Positions 26,859 to 36,625 of a stretch of DNA of 40,641 nt are shown here, piece after piece. Both the position numbers and the translations under genes were made by a program. The stretch spans positions 1 to 40,641 of the forward strand of contig QNVF01000005.1 of NCBI GenBank assembly GCA_004347965.1. Reading direction: 5' to 3'. This DNA comes from Candidatus Nezhaarchaeota archaeon WYZ-LMO8. Lineage in GTDB: Archaea > Thermoproteota > Methanomethylicia > Nezhaarchaeales > WYZ-LMO8. Position 1 is the stretch's first letter. The number at the start of each line of letters is the position of its first letter. The notes under the pieces were generated by a model. The model was not told the origin of the DNA. It worked only from the letters and a program-made list of their open reading frames with translations, and did not search any database.

Positions 26859-27440
26859 GTGGAGGACTTAACCAAAAGTTTAGCTGACTTAAAAAAGTAC
26901 TTAGAGGAGAGACTATCAGCTCTGACCATCGAGGTTGAACACCTTAAGCTTTTAATAAAGCTAGTTGACGATGCCCTAGCAAAGGTTTCTTTTAAGCCGG
27001 CTTCCGCCTTAGAAGTAACGAAAGAAGTTATACAGCAAGTACCTCAGCCAGTCCAGCCAAGAAGTCTTGAAACAGAGACTTTAATCTTGGCGTCGTCGAG
27101 GATGGGTAACAGATTGTTGGGGAAGATGTACATAGGAGAAGGTTATTTAAGAATAGTCCCTGTTCAAGACGTGGAGTTTAACGTAAACATTCCGCCTTTT
27201 AGGCAATTCCTTATCGAGAAGGTGCTTGAAGAGATGAGGAAAAAGGATCGTGAAGCTACTGAGAGAGGTGAAATGAAGGAGGATGAGGTCATGGATTATG
27301 AGGTAAGAACGAAGGGTGACATCTTAGTGGAGATATTTGTAAAGAATATTACCGATGAACGAAGAGTGAGAGAGCTTAAGAATGCTGTACGATGGACTTT
27401 TGAAAGAATGCTTGAGAAAATATCTCAACGAAGTTCCTAA
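26859..27440 (+). CDS. Conserved hypothetical protein with N-terminal coiled coil
   Basis: 193-aa ORF with typical codon usage; heptad-rich N-terminus; PPF..FL..KVL..M and RELK..VRWT motifs. Overlaps the ligase stop. Confidence 0.75.
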   Translation: MEDLTKSLADLKKYLEERLSALTIEVEHLKLLIKLVDDALAKVSFKPASALEVTKEVIQQVPQPVQPRSLETETLILASSRMGNRLLGKMYIGEGYLRIVPVQDVEFNVNIPPFRQFLIEKVLEEMRKKDREATERGEMKEDEVMDYEVRTKGDILVEIFVKNITDERRVRELKNAVRWTFERMLEKISQRSS

Positions 27441-29233
27441 GTTTCAATCTTCTTTAGCTGCATCTTGTACATCTCAACAAGCTCCTTCACGGTTGTACTG
27501 TCTTCAGGGCTTTTGTCGAACCTCCACCGCCCAGTAAAACGTGGAAATCTTATCGCCAAGCCAGCATCGGGCTTCAAGACCCCTAAACCAGCTGTGTGAA
27601 GGGGGCTTAAGGTTATCTCGTCACCTATTATCTCTATGACTACACTAGGTGTAAACCACACATCAGCCTTCATCTTAGAATCGACTCGTGGGTGTCTATG
27701 CTCAATCACGTATGGTTGAAGGATTCCAGGAATCTTCTCAAGGTCTTCATCTGTGAAGCCACTACCAACTTTGCATACGGTTTTAAACATGTCAGCATCA
27801 GGATCATAAACTGCACACAGTAAAGCTCCATACTTACCAGCTCGCTTACCCTTACCCCAAAAGGCACCTACGACAGTTACATCTATTGGTTCTACTAGCT
27901 TTGACTGATATGACCTCTTGAACTTTATCCATAACCAACCTCTAGCACCTGCTTGATATATGGAGTCGGGTGCCAAGGATTTGCATACAAGTCCTTCACA
28001 ACCTTCGCTTATAGCCTCTTCAAAGAATCCCTCCAACTCATCGACTCTGTCAATAATCCTATAGGTCGCCGGCATTGCTCTCTCACTAGGCTCAAGTATC
28101 TTCATGAGAACTTCTCTTCTCTTAGGATATGGTTGGTTAGTAAGGTCTTGACCATCAACGTACAAGCAGTCGAAGAAGAATAACGAGACTGGATATTCTT
28201 TTATGGCTTCCTCTATTCCATACTTCCTCCTTCTATGCATTAGCTCTTGAAATGGTCTCATCTCGCCAGTGTCTGGATCTATTGCTACGCATTCTGCTTC
28301 AACTATTGCCTCTTCAGCTTTCACGTGATTTCTAATGATTTCACAGGCATCCGGATAATGATGAGTTATGTTTTCGAGTCTACGAGAAAAGAGTATAACG
28401 TTTGAGCTTAATTTATGTGCTTGAATCCTCTCGCCATCATATTTGTACTCTGCTACGCACTTGCCACCAAGCTTTTCAAGTATCTCTTCGGCAGTGGTTA
28501 AGCGTTCAGCTAACATCGGCCTTATCGGCCTTCCGATAGTGATCTTGAAGTATTTTAGCCCTTCTAAGCCGCTCTCGGACACTACTCTCGCTACATGACC
28601 TAAATCGCTTGAGAGGTTGTAGGCTCTTTCAACAAGTGAACGTGCATCTTTCCCACCACAGAAGGCTATAGCCAGAGCATCGAGTATAGTCATGTCAGCT
28701 ATTCCAAGTCTCAGCCTTCCCGTTATGGTTCTCATAAGGTACTTAGCCTCTTTTGGTGATGCATGTCTCAACAAGCTTGCTATCAAAGATATCTTCGTGT
28801 CTTGAGCTCCTTCGCCTGTTGCTCTCGCAACTTTATCTAGTGTGTTGTAAACCTCCTCAACCATCAACTTTCTTGCAAGTGCTTGTGCCGAGCTAACGAA
28901 GTCTAGTAAGCTCTTAACCTTTTTTCTTGATAGAGCTCGTTCGGCTGCTACACCTATGTCACCAGCCCTCTTTAGCTCTGCTTCTAGTTCTTCAAGTGAT
29001 AAGCCAGTCGCCATAGATAAAGCTCTTAATGCTAGCTTCTCTGCTACACCTAGTTCTATTCCAACGTATTCTGGGTACAGTCTGCCTTGAGTTAAGTACA
29101 CCACCTTATCTATGATGGTTGGAGGAGTTTTCTTGAAAAGCGTGACGAGAAGGTCTGTCATTTCAAGCCTCTTAGTAGTCGATTCTATCTTCTCGTAGAA
29201 GGTCACCAGTATTGAGTACTCCATCGTCCTCAC
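27437..29233 (-). CDS. lig: ATP-dependent DNA ligase
   Basis: PMLAERL, EYKYDGER.QAH, EGLVCK, Y.AGARGWLWIK.K, RFPRF. Confidence 0.97.
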   Translation of the reverse strand: MRTMEYSILVTFYEKIESTTKRLEMTDLLVTLFKKTPPTIIDKVVYLTQGRLYPEYVGIELGVAEKLALRALSMATGLSLEELEAELKRAGDIGVAAERALSRKKVKSLLDFVSSAQALARKLMVEEVYNTLDKVARATGEGAQDTKISLIASLLRHASPKEAKYLMRTITGRLRLGIADMTILDALAIAFCGGKDARSLVERAYNLSSDLGHVARVVSESGLEGLKYFKITIGRPIRPMLAERLTTAEEILEKLGGKCVAEYKYDGERIQAHKLSSNVILFSRRLENITHHYPDACEIIRNHVKAEEAIVEAECVAIDPDTGEMRPFQELMHRRRKYGIEEAIKEYPVSLFFFDCLYVDGQDLTNQPYPKRREVLMKILEPSERAMPATYRIIDRVDELEGFFEEAISEGCEGLVCKSLAPDSIYQAGARGWLWIKFKRSYQSKLVEPIDVTVVGAFWGKGKRAGKYGALLCAVYDPDADMFKTVCKVGSGFTDEDLEKIPGILQPYVIEHRHPRVDSKMKADVWFTPSVVIEIIGDEITLSPLHTAGLGVLKPDAGLAIRFPRFTGRWRFDKSPEDSTTVKELVEMYKMQLKKIET

Positions 29234-29246
29234 CGTACCTGCACTT

Positions 29247-31049
29247 CTATAAAAGAAGGTTTAGAGATATTAATGCAACTGCGACGCATATTAACAGGTG
29301 TTTCGTGCTAAATAAGGTGCCATCGACAGCCTTACCTAAAATAGCACCTATAGCTATGGAGGAGACAATTATCATGAGCTTGCTATAGAACATCACTAGG
29401 TTCATCTCTTCTTGAAAAGACATAGATGTTGAGAGTAACAAGCCTTCCATTGCATTTAAGTCAAGGGGCTCACCAATGTTAACCATGAAGGAGGTAGTTA
29501 AAGATAAACATACGGCCAGCATTAATGGGCTTAGATAACCTAAGACTGAGTAGAGGTAAAGAGATCTTCTGACCTTAGACCTTTGCACATTGTAGTCATC
29601 TAGGTATGAGGCGACTATCTCGAATGTTGCAGGTGAGCCTCCTCCAGTCTCTATTAAGTTGTCTAGCATGAAGAAGATCATTTTGCATAGCTTAGAACGT
29701 ACTCTAAGCGCTATTGCCGACTGATGAAGTGATAAACCTACTCTCATTCTACTTAAAGCAGTTTTAATTACTGAGGAGAAGGTCTTGTTATAATGCTCAT
29801 TAGAGGATCTTTCTATCGACGTTAAGATTGGAAAACCTAATTTCTTGTGTTCTCCTAGGTACCTTAAAAAGCGTGGTAATTCTTTCTCAATTTTAAGGAT
29901 TCTTGCCTTCTCTCTTTCATAGCTTATTGATAACGGTAGCACCATAGCGATGGAGCTGATGATTATTGCATTGAGGAGCGATTGATTGATAACGAGGATT
30001 AAGAGGACTATGGAGGTTATGGCTGAGGATAGGGAGAGGATAACTACCTTCTTGCTTGGTGCATACTCCATGCTCTCATAGGGACGAGTTATGTGGATGA
30101 AGTAGAGGGTTGTTGATGAAAGTAGAGGAATTAAACCGAATATTATAACCTCGTAAAGAGCTATGTTCACCTCACTTGCGAAGACTAACGTGGTCATGGA
30201 TAGCATTAGTGGTGTTATAAGGAAAAGCGCTAGCATAGCTTCGCCCACGATGCTAACATTGTTAACGAAATTGTTCCACTTATCCTTGAGTATTGAGAAT
30301 AAATCCTTTGTCTTTTCCTCCAAGTACTTCGTAGCATCTCCACCACTTTTTATGATACTTGTGTAGCCCAGTATTAGAGAGGATAAGAGTCTTGAGGGAT
30401 GCCTTTGAGCATAAATGTTCATTGCTGTTATTGGATCTCTACTTGCGAAGAGCTCCTCCTTCCTCAAGTATAGAGCTTCTAGTCTCAATGCTGAGAAAAC
30501 CTTGGTCTCAGCTACTACGTTGAAAACCTTTACGAGAGTCTGGCCAGCATGGGATAGAGCTGATGCTAACAAGCTGAAGAAGGGCAATTCGTTTTCTACT
30601 CTACTTTTCCTCATGGAATTGGAGAGTTTCTGGTGTAGGATTGAAGTGTAGGGAGCTATTGTTAATAGAGATAATGCTAAGAGAGGTAATGGCATGTCTG
30701 TTAAAATCGCCGCAACTACTAGGAGTGAGGCCATGAAAGCGATTACGTAAAGTTTAGTGAACCTTGTCAAGCCATATTTACGTACTTTAACCTCACTTTT
30801 CCTACTACATGTCCTGAAGCTAAATGGTCTCCAAAGCTTCTTAGACTCTTTGGGCAGCACTATCAGTATTTTTATTGATTGAAGACCACTCCTCTTATGG
30901 ACCCTCAATCTCTTACTTTTCAAGAAGAGATACATGGACACTCCGACTGCGAGGAGCGCTGAAAATGTCAATGAAGCTATAGGGGATATTATGATGAGGA
31001 GTAAGCCAATGAGTGAGAGGGCTATGAAGATCTTGGAACTTCTATTCAA
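29247..31049 (-). CDS. Type IV pilus membrane platform protein (TadC/ArlJ-like, two T2SSF repeats)
   Basis: ENELPF, ..SGGD...YLE and EKELPRFL, .ETGGG repeats with multiple TM helices; adjacent to the ATPase. Confidence 0.88.
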   Translation of the reverse strand: MNRSSKIFIALSLIGLLLIIISPIASLTFSALLAVGVSMYLFLKSKRLRVHKRSGLQSIKILIVLPKESKKLWRPFSFRTCSRKSEVKVRKYGLTRFTKLYVIAFMASLLVVAAILTDMPLPLLALSLLTIAPYTSILHQKLSNSMRKSRVENELPFFSLLASALSHAGQTLVKVFNVVAETKVFSALRLEALYLRKEELFASRDPITAMNIYAQRHPSRLLSSLILGYTSIIKSGGDATKYLEEKTKDLFSILKDKWNNFVNNVSIVGEAMLALFLITPLMLSMTTLVFASEVNIALYEVIIFGLIPLLSSTTLYFIHITRPYESMEYAPSKKVVILSLSSAITSIVLLILVINQSLLNAIIISSIAMVLPLSISYEREKARILKIEKELPRFLRYLGEHKKLGFPILTSIERSSNEHYNKTFSSVIKTALSRMRVGLSLHQSAIALRVRSKLCKMIFFMLDNLIETGGGSPATFEIVASYLDDYNVQRSKVRRSLYLYSVLGYLSPLMLAVCLSLTTSFMVNIGEPLDLNAMEGLLLSTSMSFQEEMNLVMFYSKLMIIVSSIAIGAILGKAVDGTLFSTKHLLICVAVALISLNLLL

Positions 31050-32586
31050 AGTTTGATGGCCTCCTGTAGTAGAAGTTTCTTAGATAGCGAGTCACATTCT
31101 CGAAATCTAGAATATTGTTCTTAACCAGCTTCTCAAGGAAGTTCTTCCTCTCTAAGAGGTCGTTTAAGATGCTTTCCTCATCCTGCCCTGTCGCTTCAGC
31201 GATTCGTTTAAGCTGAACGCTTTTCTCAATGAGGTCGTAGGGATCATCTGGTTCAAAAAGGTCATCAACTGGATTCCACGTGAATACCTTCAGGTACTCT
31301 CTAAAGTTTACAACTTCATCGATTTCAGTTACTCTTCTAACAGCTTGCTTCACTGACTTAGTGATCCTCTTTATCACTATCACATTTGATATTAGGTCGA
31401 TGTAGCTTGGCCCAACGTTTAAAGGTGGTGAGGTAAGCCTATTAACCATAGACTCGAAGTTTGGACTATGGAACGTGCAAGCACAGCCGTGGCCACTTGC
31501 TGCTGCTTGAAATAAAGCATATGCCTCTTCACCTCTAACCTCGCCAACTATGATGAAGTCTGCTCTTTCTCTGAAGGAGAGCTTGACTAGGTCGAATAGT
31601 CTTATCTCCGTTAAGTTTTCACCTAAAAGGTAAGTGTGTCGTGAGACGAGAGGCTTCCAGCCTGGGTGAGCTAGATTTAGTTCAGGGATGTCCTCTATGC
31701 TCACCACCTTCCAATTGGGCTTTAGAAGCATGGCCAAACTGTTGAGTAATGTTGTCTTTCCACTAGCCATGGGCCCTATTATCATGAAGAACGACTTATT
31801 CTCTAGCAGGATCCACCAGTAAGTAGCCATCAGCGATGATATTGTTCCGTTTTTTATTAAGTGACATATAGTTAATGGCTTTTCCCTGAACTTTCTTATC
31901 GTTAAGGAGGGGCCGTGAGGGGTCACTTCTCTAGAAAACGTAAGCGTTGCTCGGTGTCTATTAGTTAGTATCACCTCTGCTATTGGGTGCGCTATGCTTA
32001 TGTGCTTTCCGCCCATGTGTGCCAGTCTTATTATGTAGTTGTTCAGCTCCTCTTCACTATCAAAAATTATGTTAGTGCAAAGCCAATCATAAGGGCTAAA
32101 GCGTCTATGAAAGACTTTTGCTGGTTTGCCCACACCTTCAATCGATATGTCCTCTATATCGGGATCGTTCATTAGCGGCTCGAGAGGACCAAAGCCTAGA
32201 ACATCCCTCTTGAGGTAGTATGAGAGTTTTTGCATAGACACACTAGTTCCATTCCTAGCTTCAAAGTCATCTAACTCTTCTTTTAGAACTCTTTCAAGAT
32301 ATCCCAGAGGATCCGTTAAAAGCTGTTCATCAGGCTTCGTCTTGTACCTTAATCTCTCCATTATGGCTTGGTATACTTCGAGCTCCTCAGAGGTTAACTC
32401 AGGCTCTCTAACTATGTAGTAGCCTAGACCTTGACGAACACCAACTATTACCTCTACAAGACCATCTAAGATATAGTACTTGTCAAGCTGCTGAAAGTCT
32501 CTATCAAACTTTACTTTGTTGACCTCAGAGATCAGATTCACTTCCTTCGAATCTATGTTATCCTTTAGTGATGTTCGTGCCATCAA
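31042..32586 (-). CDS. Type II/IV secretion (pilus assembly) ATPase
   Basis: G.GPLEPLM.DPDIEDIS, TIRKF, GPMASGKTT, IED.PE, IIVGEVRGEEA, GH...TFH. Confidence 0.94.
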   Translation of the reverse strand: MMARTSLKDNIDSKEVNLISEVNKVKFDRDFQQLDKYYILDGLVEVIVGVRQGLGYYIVREPELTSEELEVYQAIMERLRYKTKPDEQLLTDPLGYLERVLKEELDDFEARNGTSVSMQKLSYYLKRDVLGFGPLEPLMNDPDIEDISIEGVGKPAKVFHRRFSPYDWLCTNIIFDSEEELNNYIIRLAHMGGKHISIAHPIAEVILTNRHRATLTFSREVTPHGPSLTIRKFREKPLTICHLIKNGTISSLMATYWWILLENKSFFMIIGPMASGKTTLLNSLAMLLKPNWKVVSIEDIPELNLAHPGWKPLVSRHTYLLGENLTEIRLFDLVKLSFRERADFIIVGEVRGEEAYALFQAAASGHGCACTFHSPNFESMVNRLTSPPLNVGPSYIDLISNVIVIKRITKSVKQAVRRVTEIDEVVNFREYLKVFTWNPVDDLFEPDDPYDLIEKSVQLKRIAEATGQDEESILNDLLERKNFLEKLVKNNILDFENVTRYLRNFYYRRPSNFE

Positions 32587-32597
32587 GAAGTATCACC

Positions 32598-34262
32598 TCA
32601 AAATTTTAAATATAAGAGTCCAGAAGGAGAAGCTACTAGTACCCCCCACGTGTCAAACATGACAGCTTTGTAAGGCTTCGATGGAAGCGCCACAATGTAA
32701 GAGTCGTCTTCAGGACTAAATGCGTACGTTTCATTGAGAACTATTACCCTAGAGCTTCCTGTGAGAACTACGTCGATTATTTGCGATGTAGTACCTAGCG
32801 AGAAGCTTTTTTCTACTTCAAGGTTGCCGTTAAGCACCATGAGACTACCATTTGTTAGCCCGATTATCAGCTTACGATAGTTTTCATCGAGCTTCAAGAA
32901 CAATACCTTGGAATCGTAATCAATCCTCTTCAACACTTGACCATCAATACTAACAAAGTATAGGTATGGCCCTGATGCGACTACTATCACGTCGTTAATG
33001 CAAGCTAAGAAGTTGGGGACTGACAAGTCACAAGGGTATAATGATAAGTACCAAGAAGGAGAATCACTATCGAATGCGTGAAGTGTTGGTGGTACTAGGA
33101 CGTTACCTCCTTCTTCTACTACGGCGCTACAACGGTACCTCACGTAAACTACGTCAACTTCACGATAGATAGCACCATTGACTAGTAGGATGCTGAAGCT
33201 TTGGTTGACAGGAGCATAGCCTACAATCCTGAACTTTGGGAATGCTTCTGGGTTTGATTGATAGTAGCCTGGCGTTATCTTCGTATTTACGTCTAACATT
33301 AAGACCCTTTGAAGGAGAACTTCCTTTATCGATGGTGATGATGGCTTAATAACGTAGGCGTAGGCTCCTGATTCAAAAAGCCAATAGTTGTTTGTACTGT
33401 AATTGCCTGAAAAGAAGCTTTTAGGTACGAGTATAATGTCTTGGCTTCTTCCGCTTAATGCTGGCTGATGTACATGCTCCCTGACTGATGAGGAACGATA
33501 TATGTAGTCGTAGAAGTTGTGCAAAGATACGAGATTCCCATCTCTGAAAGCCACCACACTAAGTATCTTAGTGCCACTCTCTCTAGCTGTTGAAATTGAA
33601 GCTATAGTGGCATTTAGAGCTTCATTGAATATCACGCTCTCAGTTCTTGACCCGAGATACTCCTTTGACCACAACAACGATGATTTCTTAACGTCTACCA
33701 TTAACACTCCGCCATTCTCATAGGAGGCCACTACTATGCCCTTTGAGCTATCTACTACGTCCACATCGTTTATTAAGCAGATGTCGCTGTATGGTACCTT
33801 CACGTAAGGTCCATCGAAGCTTGGATCACCAGTTAATGTTGGATGGAGAGCAATCCTATATGTCGTTCCTCTCTTAGCTACTAAGACGATCTCAAGTAGT
33901 GGATTTGAGAAACCTCTAGGTATAGGATAGGCTGAGAGGACTGATGATGAAGGTGGAACCTTTAGTTCCGTCCTATTTATTTGGAACATCTCTCCATGCT
34001 TAAAGACTATGTAATTGAAAGTAACTTCTCTAGCAGCATTATTAGTTAACGATAATATAATGTGAGTACCATTCGAAGATGCTTCAACAGCTACTTTTTC
34101 TTCAGATACAATCTCACTCGCCACATCGATTTCTTTGCGCAAAGTGCTTGCATAGTCATTAAATGATGAAAGAAGCGAAGCAAAAAGACTCAGCGAAAGC
34201 GAAAGCAACACCGCCATTATCATAATGCTAGGTAACGAGCTCAATGCCTTACGACCTGGCAC
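32598..34262 (-). CDS. Large pilin-like protein (class III signal peptide) with probable beta-propeller domain
   Basis: MPGRKA/LSS + hydrophobic stretch; repeated beta-blade-like segments (e.g. GGVLMVDVKKSSLLWS, LYFVSIDGQVL). Confidence 0.65.
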   Translation of the reverse strand: MPGRKALSSLPSIMIMAVLLSLSLSLFASLLSSFNDYASTLRKEIDVASEIVSEEKVAVEASSNGTHIILSLTNNAAREVTFNYIVFKHGEMFQINRTELKVPPSSSVLSAYPIPRGFSNPLLEIVLVAKRGTTYRIALHPTLTGDPSFDGPYVKVPYSDICLINDVDVVDSSKGIVVASYENGGVLMVDVKKSSLLWSKEYLGSRTESVIFNEALNATIASISTARESGTKILSVVAFRDGNLVSLHNFYDYIYRSSSVREHVHQPALSGRSQDIILVPKSFFSGNYSTNNYWLFESGAYAYVIKPSSPSIKEVLLQRVLMLDVNTKITPGYYQSNPEAFPKFRIVGYAPVNQSFSILLVNGAIYREVDVVYVRYRCSAVVEEGGNVLVPPTLHAFDSDSPSWYLSLYPCDLSVPNFLACINDVIVVASGPYLYFVSIDGQVLKRIDYDSKVLFLKLDENYRKLIIGLTNGSLMVLNGNLEVEKSFSLGTTSQIIDVVLTGSSRVIVLNETYAFSPEDDSYIVALPSKPYKAVMFDTWGVLVASPSGLLYLKF

Positions 34263-34698
34263 TAATCATAACCCCCTCTATTGTTAGAAAGCGAAGCTGA
34301 TTAAAAGGAAGGTCTTCAGGGAGGTTTATAGAGAGCACAATAATGCTTATTGGTTCTAGGACCACATTTACTCGTTGAATTTCATTACCTACTATTACTG
34401 CGACTATGCGAAAAACCACATCAGAGGGATTATAGAGTATAAGGGTAGTTTCATTTTGTTCCGTCCTCCCTACATCTACGATCTTCAATGATGCTAAGCA
34501 CTCAAGCATAGCCTTCTTGGACTCTTGAAGCACTATGTTTGACGACAAGTTAGCTCTTTGAGACAGAAATGCTATTGAAATGCTTGACACGGTGAGGGTT
34601 ACGACAAAGACTATTATTGCAGCTACTATCTCTGAGATGGCTTTGCGTTTACTAAGTAAAAGTAAAGAAGGAGGAAAAAGAGGAGATTTTAAGTCCAT
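34249..34698 (-). CDS. Archaeal type IV pilin
   Basis: KRKA/ISEIVAAIIVFVVT class III signal peptide. Confidence 0.85.
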   Translation of the reverse strand: MDLKSPLFPPSLLLLSKRKAISEIVAAIIVFVVTLTVSSISIAFLSQRANLSSNIVLQESKKAMLECLASLKIVDVGRTEQNETTLILYNPSDVVFRIVAVIVGNEIQRVNVVLEPISIIVLSINLPEDLPFNQLRFLTIEGVMISARS

Positions 34699-34715
34699 GA
34701 TCCAAAGGGCCCCCT

Positions 34716-35195
34716 CTAACTAGAGGTGCATTCGACGGTAACTTGCTGCGCTCCCTGACTTGTCGCCACAACTATGGTGTAAGTATTGCCAAGAGTAACG
34801 TTCAGTTTACCAACGTAGATTATCGTTATAGAAGATCCTGGATTTAATACTACCTTTCTATCTTGTGATGGAGGAGGTGATATTAAGGTTTCGTTCTTAC
34901 TTAGTATATCTATCGGGGTTTCCTTATCGTCATAGATGGTAACGTTGATTAACTCAGCAATTGTTGTACCCTGGTTCCTCAGTGATACCAAAACGTTAGT
35001 GGTTCCTGTTGAAGTCTTACTGATCTTTGCTTCAGTTATTGTTATAGAGGATATCCTTGACATTGATTTGGCATATGAAGTGGCGTACCAGTAGATGAAG
35101 GAGCCCATTGCCGCCGTGACCCCGATAAGTATTAGTGTTGCTATCATAGTTGAGACTGCTTTGCGCTTTCTTTCATAGCTTAAGGTTGACTTCAA
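34716..35195 (-). CDS. Archaeal type IV pilin (probable major pilin)
   Basis: RKRKA/VSTMIATLILIGVT; Ig-like L.N.G...LNPG pattern; SD GGTGG before TTG. Confidence 0.9.
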   Translation of the reverse strand: MKSTLSYERKRKAVSTMIATLILIGVTAAMGSFIYWYATSYAKSMSRISSITITEAKISKTSTGTTNVLVSLRNQGTTIAELINVTIYDDKETPIDILSKNETLISPPPSQDRKVVLNPGSSITIIYVGKLNVTLGNTYTIVVATSQGAQQVTVECTSS

Positions 35196-35247
35196 GTTCC
35201 CACCGTCAGCTCCTAATACATTGAGCTTTTAAGCTCCCTCATGACAC

Positions 35248-36009
35248 ATGTCCTATGGAGGGACAATAATGGTGTTCATCATTTTCATAGGAACTGCTGG
35301 ATGCGGAAAGACCACCTTAGTTAAGTCGTTTGGTGAGTGGTTAGAAGGGCTTGGTCTTCAAGTCTCCTATGTAAATTTAGATCCTGGCGTGGAGCATCTA
35401 CCGTATGACGCTACTTTTGATGTTAGAGATGTTGTAAGGACAAGTGATTTGATGAGGATGATGGGTCTTGGACCCAATGGAGCGATGATCTTAGCTGCTC
35501 AGTTCATGGAGGAGAGAATAAGCGACATCGTTAAGGGGATGATGAAGAAGGATTCTGACTACATCTTAATTGATACCCCTGGTCAGATGGAGTTGTTTGT
35601 CTTTAGAGGACTTGGTCCATCTCTAACTAGAGCTATTAGAAATGTCGGAAGAGCTGTAGCTGTCTATATGGTTGATGCCGAGACCATTCATGATGCTAGC
35701 GAGTACTTAGTGATAAAGCTACTTTCGCTAATAATCGAGTTAAGGCTAGACATTCCAGTTGTGACTGTGGTGAATAAGGGGGATCTCGTTGATTTATCTA
35801 AGTTGGTGGTAAGAATTGATGAAATTAAGAAGAGACTTAATCTGAAGAGAGATTTACTCTCCGATCTTGCTTTAGAGCTTGTAGACCTTGTTTTTAAGTA
35901 TGAGCGCGCCTCAAGACTAGTAGTAATATCAGCTTTAAAGAAGATGGGGTTAGATAGGCTTCACGACTTAGTCTTAGAGGCATTCTGTGTATGTGGTGAC
36001 TTAACTTAG
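35248..36009 (+). CDS. GPN-loop GTPase
   Basis: GTAGCGKT, VNLDPG, LGPNGA, DTPGQME, NKGD. Confidence 0.94.
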   Translation: MSYGGTIMVFIIFIGTAGCGKTTLVKSFGEWLEGLGLQVSYVNLDPGVEHLPYDATFDVRDVVRTSDLMRMMGLGPNGAMILAAQFMEERISDIVKGMMKKDSDYILIDTPGQMELFVFRGLGPSLTRAIRNVGRAVAVYMVDAETIHDASEYLVIKLLSLIIELRLDIPVVTVVNKGDLVDLSKLVVRIDEIKKRLNLKRDLLSDLALELVDLVFKYERASRLVVISALKKMGLDRLHDLVLEAFCVCGDLT

Positions 36010-36621
36010 CTTCTTCCTCCTTATCGGGCCCTCGGGAGCTTCTTCCTCAAATATTTCAGCCTGGAACTTATAGATCTTCGTGCGAGGATCTAGCCAAGCA
36101 TCTGGAGGTAGCAGAGCCTTCAAGCAGCAGTGGGTTAAGAACTCCTCCTCATTCCAGCCATACTCGACAGCTACTTGAGGTAAGAGGAGCCCTTTGAAAA
36201 AGCCCTTTTCCACTATTAAGCCATCTACCCCCACTTTTATCTTAGAAGGATACTCTGTTGGCTTTGACACCTTGACTAATTGAGGAGGAGTTAGCACGCT
36301 AACCTCAAAGACAACATCTTTAAGCTCAGATTCCGTTAGAGGTGGGAACCTTGGATCCTCAAATGCTGACGATAGTGATGCCCTTATCGTTGCCTCCACG
36401 AGAGGGTAGATCGGTTCTGGGAAGCCTATGCAGCCTCTCAATTCACGGTTAGGGTAAGACTCTATGGTCACGAAAACGCCCCGCTTTTCGTAGAGCCTTG
36501 TTGGAGTGTCTTGTGGAGGACTCATGACCCGCCTTGAAGAGAAGTACTCCCTCACAGCTCTTCTAGCAAGCCTTACTAAGAAAGCCCCATCCTCATCAAG
36601 TATAGAGGGTGTGGAAGACAA
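36001..36621 (-). CDS. AMMECR1 family protein
   Basis: GVFVT, LRGCIG, AFEDPRF, EVSVLT, GLLLPQV. Confidence 0.94.
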   Translation of the reverse strand: MSSTPSILDEDGAFLVRLARRAVREYFSSRRVMSPPQDTPTRLYEKRGVFVTIESYPNRELRGCIGFPEPIYPLVEATIRASLSSAFEDPRFPPLTESELKDVVFEVSVLTPPQLVKVSKPTEYPSKIKVGVDGLIVEKGFFKGLLLPQVAVEYGWNEEEFLTHCCLKALLPPDAWLDPRTKIYKFQAEIFEEEAPEGPIRRKKLS

Positions 36622-36625
36622 TACT

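Noticed and set aside
26837..26862. Short GAAGT tandem repeat before the hypothetical gene
   Set aside because: Three 5-nt units in a purine-rich leader; likely chance.
28895..28925. Internal PIP-like motif KKVKSLLDFV in DNA ligase
   Set aside because: Already known for archaeal ligases; not novel.
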